Made by a program: the position numbers and the translations under genes. A stretch of DNA of 59,738 nt from a virus (Duplodnaviria > Caudoviricetes): IMG/VR virus record IMGVR_UViG_3300037462_000184, positions 1 to 59,738 of that record, one strand, 5' to 3'. Positions within the stretch are counted from its first letter, which is position 1, and every line of letters starts with the position of its first letter. The notes beneath the pieces were generated by a model. That model saw only the letters and a list, made by a program, of their open reading frames with translations, made no database searches and was not told the origin of the DNA. Positions 48,240-57,759 of this stretch are shown in pieces.

Positions 48240-49292
48240 TCACTTGCTCGCGCGCACGGCGCGGAGCATGGTGTCAAGTTGAGTCTGGGTGAGCAGGCCC
48301 AGCGAGAACAGCGTGCGGGCGTGTTTCTCGACTTGGGCGGCCGACTGCTTGGCTTTTCGATCGTCGGCGCGGGCTACGGTCTTTGCGACCTTGCTGATTA
48401 CGCGGGTCTGCGCCTGCACCTTCTTTGATGCGGCTACCGCCTTCTCCGCTGCTGTGCGGATTTTGCCGGCCTGCCGCGCCACGGAGCGAACCTGTCGCTC
48501 AAGGGCGGCGTTCAACTCGCCGGGCTTGACGTTATACGCGCCCCGCTTCAAATCTGCACGCGCCCGCTCGATCATGCCCTCGACGAACTTCAGCACCCCG
48601 GTATCGCTGATCACCCGGTTCATGACCCGCAGCACGTGCTTGCACGCAACCCCCTTCAGGCGCGGGTTCCTGATCTTGGGGAACCCCGTCTCGTCGCGCC
48701 CGGCGTTGAACCGGCCGATCGTGGCGATGTAGCGATACCAAAACCGGTGCCGGCCGCAGTCGCAGTCATACTTGACGCCGCCCTGAACCAGCATGCGCGC
48801 GAGCTTGGCGGCCGGCGAAGGGCTCGCAACCGCCGCGCCCAGATCGGTCAGCTTCAGCACGACGTTGTGCCGGACGGCGCCGTAGTTCGGCCCGGCGTTC
48901 GTGACGAACAAGATCGTGTCGCCCTTGGCGCGCACCGGCAGCGCTACCTTGATCTCCTGATTCGCCCGGTCGCGGTCTTCCTTCAGGCTCAGTTCGATCA
49001 CTTCCTTGGCCGTGATCCCGCCCTTGAATTTCTTGCCGAGCTTCCGCGCGCTGTCACGGAACGTCGCAAGGTCTTGAGACGTGATCGCACGGAGCTGGCC
49101 GCCCAGCGTCGTCAGCAGCAGCCGGGATGCCGAGTAGCCGCCCTGAACATCATCCGGCGCCAGAATGCGGGAAGTCGCGGCCTCGCGCTCTTGCAGCTCA
49201 TTGCGGAACGACCGCCCGGCGGCATTGGCGAAGCCACTGATCCCGAATGCGCGGGTCGCGGACGGCGGGATGGCCGGCTTGCGGGTTGCCAT
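48240..49292 (-). CDS. P1 gp25-like protein with SWIM-type zinc finger
   Basis: DCDCGRHRFWYRY...PKIRNP.L.GVACKH. Confidence 0.7.
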   Translation of the reverse strand: MATRKPAIPPSATRAFGISGFANAAGRSFRNELQEREAATSRILAPDDVQGGYSASRLLLTTLGGQLRAITSQDLATFRDSARKLGKKFKGGITAKEVIELSLKEDRDRANQEIKVALPVRAKGDTILFVTNAGPNYGAVRHNVVLKLTDLGAAVASPSPAAKLARMLVQGGVKYDCDCGRHRFWYRYIATIGRFNAGRDETGFPKIRNPRLKGVACKHVLRVMNRVISDTGVLKFVEGMIERARADLKRGAYNVKPGELNAALERQVRSVARQAGKIRTAAEKAVAASKKVQAQTRVISKVAKTVARADDRKAKQSAAQVEKHARTLFSLGLLTQTQLDTMLRAVRASK

Positions 49293-49296
49293 GGGG

Positions 49297-49584
49297 CTAC
49301 ACCAGCCGGCGAGCGGTCATGCCCGTGTCGCGCTTGATGGCGCGAAGCTGCTCCGCCGTGGGCAGCACAAGGCGCTGCTCGTCGAGCGCCTGTTCAACGC
49401 TGTCGAGCCCGGCAGCCGCCATGATCGTGAGCGCTTCGTCGCGGGTGCCGTACACGCGCACGGAAACGAGCGTCAGATCGTGACGCTCATCGGGCGTGGT
49501 TTGGTAGCGGATCGCGCGGCCCCAGACAGGGGTTTTCTGCGCGAACTCACGCACGCGGCGATAGAACAGGCTTGCGGCGCTCAT
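49297..49584 (-). CDS. Baseplate protein (P1 gp26-like)
   Basis: PDE..DLTLVS.RVYG.RDE...L.LPT; 95 aa. Confidence 0.65.
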   Translation of the reverse strand: MSAASLFYRRVREFAQKTPVWGRAIRYQTTPDERHDLTLVSVRVYGTRDEALTIMAAAGLDSVEQALDEQRLVLPTAEQLRAIKRDTGMTARRLV

Positions 49585-49623
49585 TGAGGGATTATCAGAG
49601 CCGCCCGGCGGCCCGGCCGGTCA

Positions 49624-50091
49624 CTACACCGAAAGGCAGCGGTACAGGTCGAGCATGCGGGTTGTCTGCCGCATCGTGGCGCCGATGCCGCGCTGCACGC
49701 CCGTGTACCAGACCAGCGCCAGCACCGCGACGTGACCGTTCGAGATATCCGGGGAGAGCCGGTAGCTCTTGCCGCTTGCGTCGATCTTGTCCACCTCGAT
49801 CTTTTGCGAGGGGTCGAATCGCTGCACCTTGGGCTCCAAGACGCACAGCCCGGTCGCGCGCGAGGTATGGAACGCCTCGATCGCGAGCTTCCAATGGTCT
49901 TCGGTGAACAGGGCGTCACGCGCGTCGCAGTGCACGGTGTTCGTCACGAAGGTCGCGCCGTCCTCGCGGTCCGTCAGATACCCCTCGCGGCGCTCGCCTC
50001 GGATCAGCAGCATGCCGGTGTCGTGGTCGAACGCAGCAACAAGCGTGACGGGCAGCCCGGAGTACCCGGAGATCGAGCAGTGCAGTTTCAT
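49624..50091 (-). CDS. Hypothetical phage protein
   Basis: 155-aa ORF with ATGA coupling to the upstream gene. Confidence 0.55.
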   Translation of the reverse strand: MKLHCSISGYSGLPVTLVAAFDHDTGMLLIRGERREGYLTDREDGATFVTNTVHCDARDALFTEDHWKLAIEAFHTSRATGLCVLEPKVQRFDPSQKIEVDKIDASGKSYRLSPDISNGHVAVLALVWYTGVQRGIGATMRQTTRMLDLYRCLSV

Positions 50092-50873
50092 GGCGTGGCC
50101 GGCGGCAGTTCCACGGTGCGCAGGATCGGCACCGCCTGATCGAGCAGATCAACCCGGCGCACAACCGGATAGCCGTGCGGGCTCGTAGGATGACCGGCAC
50201 CCAGACCCAGCCCGTCGTTCGGCTCACCCTCGCGCGGCGCCTCGTACAGCGGCAGCGTCACGCGCAGCATCACGTCCACGGTCAGCACGGTCAGGTTCTT
50301 TGCCTCGCCGGGCATGTTGATCATCTGCACGTCCGGCGTCTGGATCTGGAACGGCCAAGCCGTCTCGATTCCGGCGAAATTGAAGCGCGCAGCCAGATTG
50401 CGGTTCTCAAGCGCAGCAAGGAACAAGCCGAGCTGCATGGCGATCGAGCGGGCCGTGGGCTCGTCGGATGCAACGATCGCGGCCTGAGTGCGCACTTCGC
50501 CCTGAATCACTCGCACCTTGAACACGCGGCGCAAGGTATCCGTCGGAAACACGAACGGGATGCGCTCGGCAACCTGACGGCCGTAGTCGCCCATGGTCGG
50601 CGTGTAGCCCTTGTCCATGGCGACGAGCACGATCGGCAAGCGCGCACTGCCGCTGGCGCGGCCGTCGTTGTTGTTCTTGCGGTAGCTCGCGAGCATGTCC
50701 TCGACGGCATCGATCATCCGGCCGGGCGTGAACATCAAGGCGTGCGCAGAGCCGCGATCAGCCCACTCCCGCGCCGCACTGGTATCGGGCACGAACTCGG
50801 CGTGGAACCGCGCGAGATATTCCCCCAGCGCCACCTTGACCGGGTGAATCAGGCCGCTATCCGCTTGGCTCAC
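50088..50873 (-). CDS. Tail terminator-like protein (P1 gp24-like)
   Basis: 261 aa; size and context. Confidence 0.5.
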   Translation of the reverse strand: MSQADSGLIHPVKVALGEYLARFHAEFVPDTSAAREWADRGSAHALMFTPGRMIDAVEDMLASYRKNNNDGRASGSARLPIVLVAMDKGYTPTMGDYGRQVAERIPFVFPTDTLRRVFKVRVIQGEVRTQAAIVASDEPTARSIAMQLGLFLAALENRNLAARFNFAGIETAWPFQIQTPDVQMINMPGEAKNLTVLTVDVMLRVTLPLYEAPREGEPNDGLGLGAGHPTSPHGYPVVRRVDLLDQAVPILRTVELPPATP

Positions 50874-51757
50874 ACGCTGACCCCGTGGAGTCGGCTCAGC
50901 ACCTCGTTCGTGCGAGCGTCAGCCGCGCGCCGCTCTGGCGACTTGGCGGGCTTTTCCAGAGGCTCATAGCCTACAAGCGTGGCGTTGTCGAAGGCCGCTG
51001 CCTGCGCGCGAAGCCCCGCATCATCGTTGCCCAGAAGCACGCCGCGCGCGCCGAAGGATGCGCTGTCGAGCGCCGGATCGACACCCGCCTTGGCGAGCCG
51101 CCCCATCAGCCACTCGTTCTCTTCGGCCTGCTTGGCGATCACAGCCAGAGCGCGATCGAGACTACCTTGGATGCCGTCGAAGGCGGCGCTCAGCGCGCGG
51201 AAGGCGAGCCCCGTTTCGCTGGCCGCCGCGTCGAGTACCGCATACAGGTCGAGCGCTTCGCCCTCTTCGTCGCGCACGCCGTCGAGCGCGTACCCGCGAT
51301 TGGTCGTGAAGTTCGGCTCAATCACGTAGTCGAAGCCATGGAACATGATCGGGATATCGACCCCGTTCACCTTTCGGGTGTCGATCGCACTCGAAAACCC
51401 GCCGGCCTTGCTCTCGAACAAGCGCTCGGCGATCTTGCCCATGCCGGTGTCCAAAAACTCGGCTTCGTGCTCGATGTTGCCGTCCTTGTCGGCGCGCAGA
51501 GTCGTCGTGACAAGGGCGTGCTCCAACGAAACGACCTTGCCCTGCACGACGCCGCCCTCGACGGGCTGCATGCCGAACATAACGCGGGGCCAATGGCCGT
51601 AGTAGCCGGTCATGTCTCGATTTCGGACACGCTCTTGTACCTCTGCGCTGTTGATGATATCGGCCGCGCGCGCAGTGTCGAAGTTGCGCGGTTGGCCGCG
51701 ATGCTTGCGACCCCGCTCGCGCAAGTTGTATCGGATGAGTCCGGTTCGCTTGCCCAT
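50870..51757 (-). CDS. Prohead protease (P1 Pro-like)
   Basis: GYYGH, GGFSS and FHGFDYV.EPN motifs; GAGGGG RBS before ATG 51757. Confidence 0.75.
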   Translation of the reverse strand: MGKRTGLIRYNLRERGRKHRGQPRNFDTARAADIINSAEVQERVRNRDMTGYYGHWPRVMFGMQPVEGGVVQGKVVSLEHALVTTTLRADKDGNIEHEAEFLDTGMGKIAERLFESKAGGFSSAIDTRKVNGVDIPIMFHGFDYVIEPNFTTNRGYALDGVRDEEGEALDLYAVLDAAASETGLAFRALSAAFDGIQGSLDRALAVIAKQAEENEWLMGRLAKAGVDPALDSASFGARGVLLGNDDAGLRAQAAAFDNATLVGYEPLEKPAKSPERRAADARTNEVLSRLHGVSV

Positions 51758-51767
51758 GTCAGACCCC

Positions 51768-54158
51768 TCAATTTCCTTGGAACTGATTGTTGAAGCCGTT
51801 TCCGTCGCGGGTTCCGCTGCCACCGGTCACGATGATGCGGTGCTGCGACTGACCCAGCCGAACATTCGTTGTCCGGTGGTAGTAGCCGAGAATGAAGTCA
51901 TACGTTCCGGCCGACGCCGTGCCCACCGCCACGGCAGTGTGCGAGTTGGCGCCCCATGGGCCGGGCTCCGCCGAGACAGACACGCCCAGAGGAATGAACC
52001 CAGCGTCGAGCCGAATCACGAAATCCTGATTGGTGTCGAAGTCCGCGAGCTGGGAGATGAACTGCACGCCGGGCGTCGCGTATGCCGGGTAGTCCGGCGT
52101 CACCAGAATCGACCGGAAGTTGAAGAACCCGGCCGGCGGCGGCGGCGGCGGCGGAGCGGACGCGCCGATCGCAACGACGTGCGAGGTGGAGCCCAGCACC
52201 TGATTGGTGATCGTGTTGTAGTACGTCACCTCGAACGTGGTGCTGCCGGCAGCCGACGGCGTACCGCCAATCACCAGCTTGCGAGTCGCAGGGTAGGTCG
52301 CCGACTGAAGATCGATCGTCACCCCCGGCGGCAGTGCGCCGCGCGAGATGTTGATGAACACCGGGTAGTTCGTGCGCACCTCTGCGATCTGCACATTGCT
52401 CAGCGCGGAGCCCTGCTGCCCGCTGTGCCCGTTGCTCGAAACGATCACGAACTCGAACTGATTGGCAGGCGGCGGGGGCGGCGGGGGCGGCGGCGGCGGG
52501 GGCGGCGGTGCGCAGTCTTGTGTGAACGCCACGTCCAGCGGATCGCCTTGCTTGGCGCCGCTGCCAGACAGGCGCCACAGGGCTACGGCGATACCCGCGC
52601 CCAGTGCAACCCGGTCGATCCGGCTCTCGGTCGAGGCGCCGTAGGTGATCGTTTCGAGCACCGCCTGATTGGCTAGGTTCTCGACAATGAACGTGCCGGA
52701 CTGCTGCCCGGCCGGGATCGTCGCGCGCACGGCCGCAGACAGCGAGGTGTTGCCGGCACAGAACGCGGACAGGGTTCCGTAGAACGCATTGCGCGGGATC
52801 CGGATGTAGCGAACGGTGTCCTGATCGCGCAGGCCAGCATCTGCGCCGGTCGGGTCTGCGCTGTCCACCAGACCGTCACGCATGCGCGGCGTCCGGTTGA
52901 GCAGAGTCGTCGCGCCCGTCGTCGGGAACCAGTCGGCACCGGACAGGCTGTTGCGCTCGGTCTGCGAGACGAACAGCCCCAGCCCCTTGAAGCCCACCAC
53001 AACGGAGTTGCGCATGACACTGCTGCGCGCGGTCCAGCGGATGCCGTCAGGCGACGTGTAGGCGTCAAAGTGGTTGCCGGCCGCGTACCAGAGCCCGGTC
53101 GGCGCGCGGCTGATGTTGCGCGGGCGCTCGGCTGCGAAGCGCTCCACCGGGGCGAAGCTGCGGCCCTCGTCGTTGCTCAGGTAGAGCGCGTCAGCCACGC
53201 CCGCCACCGAGAACATGACGTGCCCGCTCTCGGCATCCACGTACTCAGGCATGGCCGCGCTGTCGTGGCGCAGCAGCATCGAGTGAGTCGCGGTTTCGAG
53301 GTAGTCGGTGCGCTCGTCCCACGTCACACCATCGGCGGACTGCGCATAGCGCGGCTGCCGGGCCACGGTATCGGTGAAGTCGCGGCCGAAGACGTGAAAG
53401 CGCGTCGCGGTCGGCCAGACAATCGGCAGATCGCGCGAAAGGCTGCGCTGGGGCGCCGGCCACGTCAGGGCCGCCCACGTCGCGGCGGTCAGGCCGCCCG
53501 TGAACGTCACGCCCACCATGCCCGAAGCACCCTGCGGGAACTGGGAAGCGAAGCCCAGCACCATTGCGGTGTCGGCACCGTTGCCGGGGCGCACGGCGGT
53601 CGCGCGAGCGGACACGAACGCGGGAGAGCCGCCCGCATTCACGAAGGCGTTGAAACTGGCCGTCGGCGTGGCCGGGCTGCTCCACGTCGTCCCGTTGTTC
53701 GTCGATTCGGTGTAGCGGCCACAGGTGCTGATGCAGAAGAACCGGCCATTGGCGAAACCCAAGAACGCCCACACGTCCGGGCGCCCGGTCTGAACCTGAG
53801 TGCCGCCAGTCGCCGGCAGCAGGATGCGCGTGAAGGTCTGGCCGTCGAGCGTGCGCAGCACCGCCTCGGTCGCCTCGCTGTTCTCGAACACCAGCAGAGC
53901 ATCAGCACTGCGAGCCCAGTTGCCTTTGATCGCGACGCGCTGGAAACTCTCGCGCGCTTCATTGATGCGCCGGGCGCCGTAGGCCAGCAGGTTGCGAACG
54001 CGCAGGGATGCGCTGGCGAAGATCGAGACGCCATCGCACTGCACGTAGCCCGGACGGGGCTGCGGCAGCACCGCGATCCCGCCAATGGGCACCGGATGCG
54101 GGCCGAACTCGTCCTTGCCGTAACCGGCTTCCGCCATGGGGTAGATGACTCGCTGCAT
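51768..54158 (-). CDS. Tail fibre / receptor-binding protein: Asp-box beta-propeller, poly-Pro linkers and Ig-like repeats
   Basis: STNNGTTW, SADGVTW, SNDEGRSF and SPDGIRW repeats; 14 consecutive Pro (52467-52508); GALPPGVTI repeat. Confidence 0.7.
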   Translation of the reverse strand: MQRVIYPMAEAGYGKDEFGPHPVPIGGIAVLPQPRPGYVQCDGVSIFASASLRVRNLLAYGARRINEARESFQRVAIKGNWARSADALLVFENSEATEAVLRTLDGQTFTRILLPATGGTQVQTGRPDVWAFLGFANGRFFCISTCGRYTESTNNGTTWSSPATPTASFNAFVNAGGSPAFVSARATAVRPGNGADTAMVLGFASQFPQGASGMVGVTFTGGLTAATWAALTWPAPQRSLSRDLPIVWPTATRFHVFGRDFTDTVARQPRYAQSADGVTWDERTDYLETATHSMLLRHDSAAMPEYVDAESGHVMFSVAGVADALYLSNDEGRSFAPVERFAAERPRNISRAPTGLWYAAGNHFDAYTSPDGIRWTARSSVMRNSVVVGFKGLGLFVSQTERNSLSGADWFPTTGATTLLNRTPRMRDGLVDSADPTGADAGLRDQDTVRYIRIPRNAFYGTLSAFCAGNTSLSAAVRATIPAGQQSGTFIVENLANQAVLETITYGASTESRIDRVALGAGIAVALWRLSGSGAKQGDPLDVAFTQDCAPPPPPPPPPPPPPPANQFEFVIVSSNGHSGQQGSALSNVQIAEVRTNYPVFINISRGALPPGVTIDLQSATYPATRKLVIGGTPSAAGSTTFEVTYYNTITNQVLGSTSHVVAIGASAPPPPPPPAGFFNFRSILVTPDYPAYATPGVQFISQLADFDTNQDFVIRLDAGFIPLGVSVSAEPGPWGANSHTAVAVGTASAGTYDFILGYYHRTTNVRLGQSQHRIIVTGGSGTRDGNGFNNQFQGN

Positions 54159-54490
54159 TACTGGCGCTCCGGACTCTCGTGACCCTCGACGCGCACCGTC
54201 ACGCCGGGGATGTTGCTCTGCACGGCAACGGCTTCACCGGCCGCGAGCACGTGCTTGGTGCGCACTAGGCCGCCTGCTGGCGCGAGCGTCAGGCCGTTCT
54301 CCACCAGATCGGCCGCCTGCGGCGAGGTTGGAGCCGACGTGAGAGCGACACTGATCTGCGCCTCGATGTTGGCGCCGGGGTTGTTCACGCAGATGTTCAC
54401 GGTGCGCGTGCGGCCTGCCGGCACGGCATTACCCACCGCAGTCCATGCGTTTGCCGTGGCAATCGCGGCTTTCGCGACATAGCTGCTCAT
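54158..54490 (-). CDS. Small fibre adaptor protein
   Basis: 110 aa, beta-rich, TAATG overlap with the fibre gene. Confidence 0.6.
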   Translation of the reverse strand: MSSYVAKAAIATANAWTAVGNAVPAGRTRTVNICVNNPGANIEAQISVALTSAPTSPQAADLVENGLTLAPAGGLVRTKHVLAAGEAVAVQSNIPGVTVRVEGHESPERQ

Positions 54491-54493
54491 TGA

Positions 54494-55189
54494 TCACTCT
54501 CCGAAGAAGAACGCGGCTTCCGCCTCGCTCATGGCGTACCCAGCCCACGGCTCCCACTCAACGCGGTTCGTGCTGGGCTGCTTGCCTGTGTTGTCCACGA
54601 GGCAGCGATAGGTCAAGCCGTCGTCGCCCACCACGCGCGCGCCTACCTGATAGACGGCCGTCGCGCTCCACTCGCCGATGCCTCGCACCTTCTGCACGTA
54701 CTGCGGGTGCGGGTCTGGCTTGCGCTCGTGCTCATCGATGTAGAGCAGGAACTGCGCTGCCAGCGGGTTCAGGGTGACGTTCACTGACCCCGTGGGCACA
54801 GACGACAGCGCCAGCGTGAACCGCTGGGCCAGATCGGCGCTGCCGCTGGACCGGGTTGCGTGGACGTAGCCCGGCGCGCTGTACAAAGCGAACAGAACGC
54901 CGCCCGAATCCGGGTCGCCGATGTAGAACCCGATCTCGCGCGCCACGTAGGACGCGCCGCTGTACGCCGCGAACAGGGCGTTGACGGTGATCTGCGACGG
55001 GCCGGTCTGAGCGCCGAACACTGCGACCTTCTCGCGGCGGTCGGCGAGCTGGGTTTCGTTGCCGGTCGGCGTGTACGCTCCGGCGCCGATCGCCACGTGC
55101 GTGATTTGGACGCTGAAGCCCTGCCCGTTGGCCGTGACGGCGGCGGACAGACCGGCTTGCGTGATAACTGGGTTCAGGACAGTGGACAT
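54494..55189 (-). CDS. Baseplate-proximal tail fibre protein
   Basis: VITQAGL...ITHVAIG...REIGFY...HERKPDPHPQY, typical of myophage fibre N-termini. Confidence 0.75.
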   Translation of the reverse strand: MSTVLNPVITQAGLSAAVTANGQGFSVQITHVAIGAGAYTPTGNETQLADRREKVAVFGAQTGPSQITVNALFAAYSGASYVAREIGFYIGDPDSGGVLFALYSAPGYVHATRSSGSADLAQRFTLALSSVPTGSVNVTLNPLAAQFLLYIDEHERKPDPHPQYVQKVRGIGEWSATAVYQVGARVVGDDGLTYRCLVDNTGKQPSTNRVEWEPWAGYAMSEAEAAFFFGE

Positions 55190-55247
55190 TGGCGCCTCTG
55201 TCCAGATTGTCCGAGCGGCGCGCTATGCGAGCCCCCGGTTTTCCCGG

Positions 55248-55901
55248 TTACGGACGGGCGGCGGTTCCAGAGAACACCTGATACTCGACCCCCTGAGAGG
55301 CGCAGGCCAGCCGCAACGCCTGCGATCCAGAGCGATCAAACAGCCGCAGGAGCTGCACGCGCAGCAGGATCCGCGCGGGGACAACGGCCCGCATGGACGC
55401 GGCGGCCATCTCCAACTCCGCCCCGGTCGGGTCCGCCTCGGTGATCGAGACGCTGACGCGGCTTGTCAGGTAATGGTTTCCACCATCGGTATCCGTCAGA
55501 GCCTGCGGGTACGGCACGTTGCGCTGGTGCCAATGCTGGATGACGATGAACTGGTTTGGGTACAGCAGTTGCAGGTAGAACCGCAGGAACGAGAGCCCCC
55601 GGCGCGGGTTTCGCCCGCGCCATGCCCGGTACAGCTCGCGCAGGTATGGTTCGGCATTCACGCGCGGGAGGGCGAGCCCGTCGCGCTTGACGAACCGCTC
55701 CACAGTCGTGAAGCCCGCCCGGTGCGGCATGCCGTAGGCGTTCACCTCGCGCTCGCGCGGGCGGATCATCGTCTCGAACAGGTGAATCGTGAGCGCCTTC
55801 AGCTCCGCCTCGATCGCATCGGCCTCGTGGCTGTTGCGAAGCGGCTCAAGCGATGGCGGGATGGCGCTGTGCGGGGTCAGCGGCGGGCGCTCGTCGATCA
55901 T
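55248..55901 (-). CDS. Baseplate wedge protein (P1 gp16-like)
   Basis: RGLSFLRFYLQ and YLTSRV motifs; follows the BplA-like gene. Confidence 0.65.
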   Translation of the reverse strand: MIDERPPLTPHSAIPPSLEPLRNSHEADAIEAELKALTIHLFETMIRPREREVNAYGMPHRAGFTTVERFVKRDGLALPRVNAEPYLRELYRAWRGRNPRRGLSFLRFYLQLLYPNQFIVIQHWHQRNVPYPQALTDTDGGNHYLTSRVSVSITEADPTGAELEMAAASMRAVVPARILLRVQLLRLFDRSGSQALRLACASQGVEYQVFSGTAARP

Positions 55902-55902
55902 C

Positions 55903-57345
55903 TCACTGGTTCCAGAGTCCGACGCGCTGCTGCACTGGGGTGATCGTCACGGTCAGGCTGCCGGCGGACAAGAACCGGAACTGCTCAGGCAGCGGCGCGG
56001 GCGTGGCGCCGAAGCTCACCGTCAAATCGCTGATCGAGTCTTGAAGCGCTGGCACTCGTTCGCGCAGGAGCTGGTAAATGTCCTGCACGCGGAACGGATC
56101 GACGCCGCCCTTTGACACTCGCCACGACCCTGCGCCGTACTCCGCAAGCAGCGCGTCCCTGATCTGGGCCTGAACCTGCCCGGTGTCGTGCACGACAGAA
56201 ACGCGCGCGCTCACGGTCATCGGCACCGGCACGTCCGCGCGCTGCACGATCTGCACCTTGTAGCTGCTGTCCATCGCCGCAATGCGATCGGTGATCTGGC
56301 CGATCGTCACGCTGTCGATCTGGCTGGGCAGCTTGAAGGCCACGAACAGCTTGTTGATGTTCGCCACGCTGGCGCCGCGCACCCGTTCCTCGATCTGCTC
56401 GTTCCAGACGCTCAGGAACTCCAATCCGGGCAGGTAGCGGCGCAGGTTGAAATCGAAGTCCCCCAGATACACCGCGTTGTGATCGAACGCGGCGCTGTAC
56501 TGGGTCAGCAGGCGCAGCACGTCCGTGCTCAGCGGGTCGGCGCCCGTCGACTCGACGCTCGCCAGCGTCAGATCGATCAGGCTCTCGGCGGCACTGCCGA
56601 TGTAGTCGAGCGTGAAGCGCTCGCCGGCCACTAGCTGCACCTCACCCTCGCACTCGGTCAGCGTGAAGGTGATAACCGTACCGTTCGCCGGCTGGAACCC
56701 GGACACGGCACCCGAAACCTCGGCGGCACCGAAGCGGGCCATCAGCCGACGGTACGGGTCTGTCTCGACGTGGAACACCCGCTCGCCGGGCTGCACATTC
56801 ACGAACTCAGGGGTGTAGCGGTAGGTGCCCACCCCGTCCGCGACCTCGATACCCACGAGCTGCGCGCCGCTCGGAGACGGCGGAATCGCCACCTCATAGA
56901 ACGGCTGGCTGCCGCTCACCGTATGTTGGAAAGTGCGCACCTCTCGCTGAGTCGCGGTCAGCGTCAACGTACCCCCGGCGGGAACGGTGCCGCCCGCGTC
57001 GATCAGGTATGCGCGCCCAACGGAGTCGCGGAGCTTCCGGCCGGCGGCGATTGCCACGGCGGCCGGACCGCGATTCGCCAGCGTGATCGTGACTGCGGCG
57101 GACTTTGCCAGCGGCAGAACCCCCTTCAGGCTGGCATCGGCCAACACGGTGCCGTCCCGCGCCTTCAGGAACGGCTCAAGCTCGGCGAGTTCGAGCTGCT
57201 GAGAGAGCAGCGCGAGCATGGTCGCATTCGCCTCAAGCTGCGCGAGCACACGCGGGTCGCCCGCCTGCGCGAGCGCCGCGATCGTCGGGTAGTTGCTGAT
57301 GGCCGCGATGGCGGCCTGCATGAACTGGTCTTTACTCGTCGCCAC
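55903..57345 (-). CDS. Baseplate wedge J-like protein (P1 BplA-like)
   Basis: 480 aa; EPFLKARDGTVLADA and VWNEQIEE motifs; order pmgA-bplA-16. Confidence 0.75.
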   Translation of the reverse strand: MATSKDQFMQAAIAAISNYPTIAALAQAGDPRVLAQLEANATMLALLSQQLELAELEPFLKARDGTVLADASLKGVLPLAKSAAVTITLANRGPAAVAIAAGRKLRDSVGRAYLIDAGGTVPAGGTLTLTATQREVRTFQHTVSGSQPFYEVAIPPSPSGAQLVGIEVADGVGTYRYTPEFVNVQPGERVFHVETDPYRRLMARFGAAEVSGAVSGFQPANGTVITFTLTECEGEVQLVAGERFTLDYIGSAAESLIDLTLASVESTGADPLSTDVLRLLTQYSAAFDHNAVYLGDFDFNLRRYLPGLEFLSVWNEQIEERVRGASVANINKLFVAFKLPSQIDSVTIGQITDRIAAMDSSYKVQIVQRADVPVPMTVSARVSVVHDTGQVQAQIRDALLAEYGAGSWRVSKGGVDPFRVQDIYQLLRERVPALQDSISDLTVSFGATPAPLPEQFRFLSAGSLTVTITPVQQRVGLWNQ

Positions 57346-57643
57346 CGCCGGCCTCGTTCAAGTCGATCTGCACCCCAGCCACGTCGAGCACCAGCCGCTT
57401 GCGATCCATGCCCACGTCCTCAATGAACACGGCCACGGACTCATCGCCAAGCGCGGCGATCAACGGCACGTCCTCGCGCAGCTTGCGCACCACGGCATCG
57501 GCCTGCTCGGTCGCCATCGGCTGCTGCAACAGCGCCTTGACCTCGGAGCCGTAGCCGCTGCCCAGATAGCCGTTCACGGGCGTACCCAGCCAGTGCGTTG
57601 CCATGTCCTGCACGTCGGCGGCGGTGATCAGGGGGCGATTCAT
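57332..57643 (-). CDS. Sheath-initiator/baseplate protein (P1 PmgA-like)
   Basis: HWLGTPVNGYLGSGYG...KLREDVP. Confidence 0.7.
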   Translation of the reverse strand: MNRPLITAADVQDMATHWLGTPVNGYLGSGYGSEVKALLQQPMATEQADAVVRKLREDVPLIAALGDESVAVFIEDVGMDRKRLVLDVAGVQIDLNEAGGGDE

Positions 57644-57729
57644 TCGCACAGGATGGCGCCTTTTCGCGCACGCGCGCGGTGCATGTTCCGGCTTCCTTTG
57701 TTGCAAAAACGCCACTAATCAAGAAAAAC

Positions 57730-57759
57730 TTGACAGCTCGAAACGTCGGCGCCTACTAT
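57730..57759 (+). promoter_or_regulatory. Sigma70-type promoter
   Basis: TTGACA-N18-TACTAT. Confidence 0.75.

Noticed and set aside
51760-51830. Late-promoter motif upstream of the protease gene
   Set aside because: TTTCCG-like boxes are present but do not fit the 40-41 nt spacing to a -10 element.
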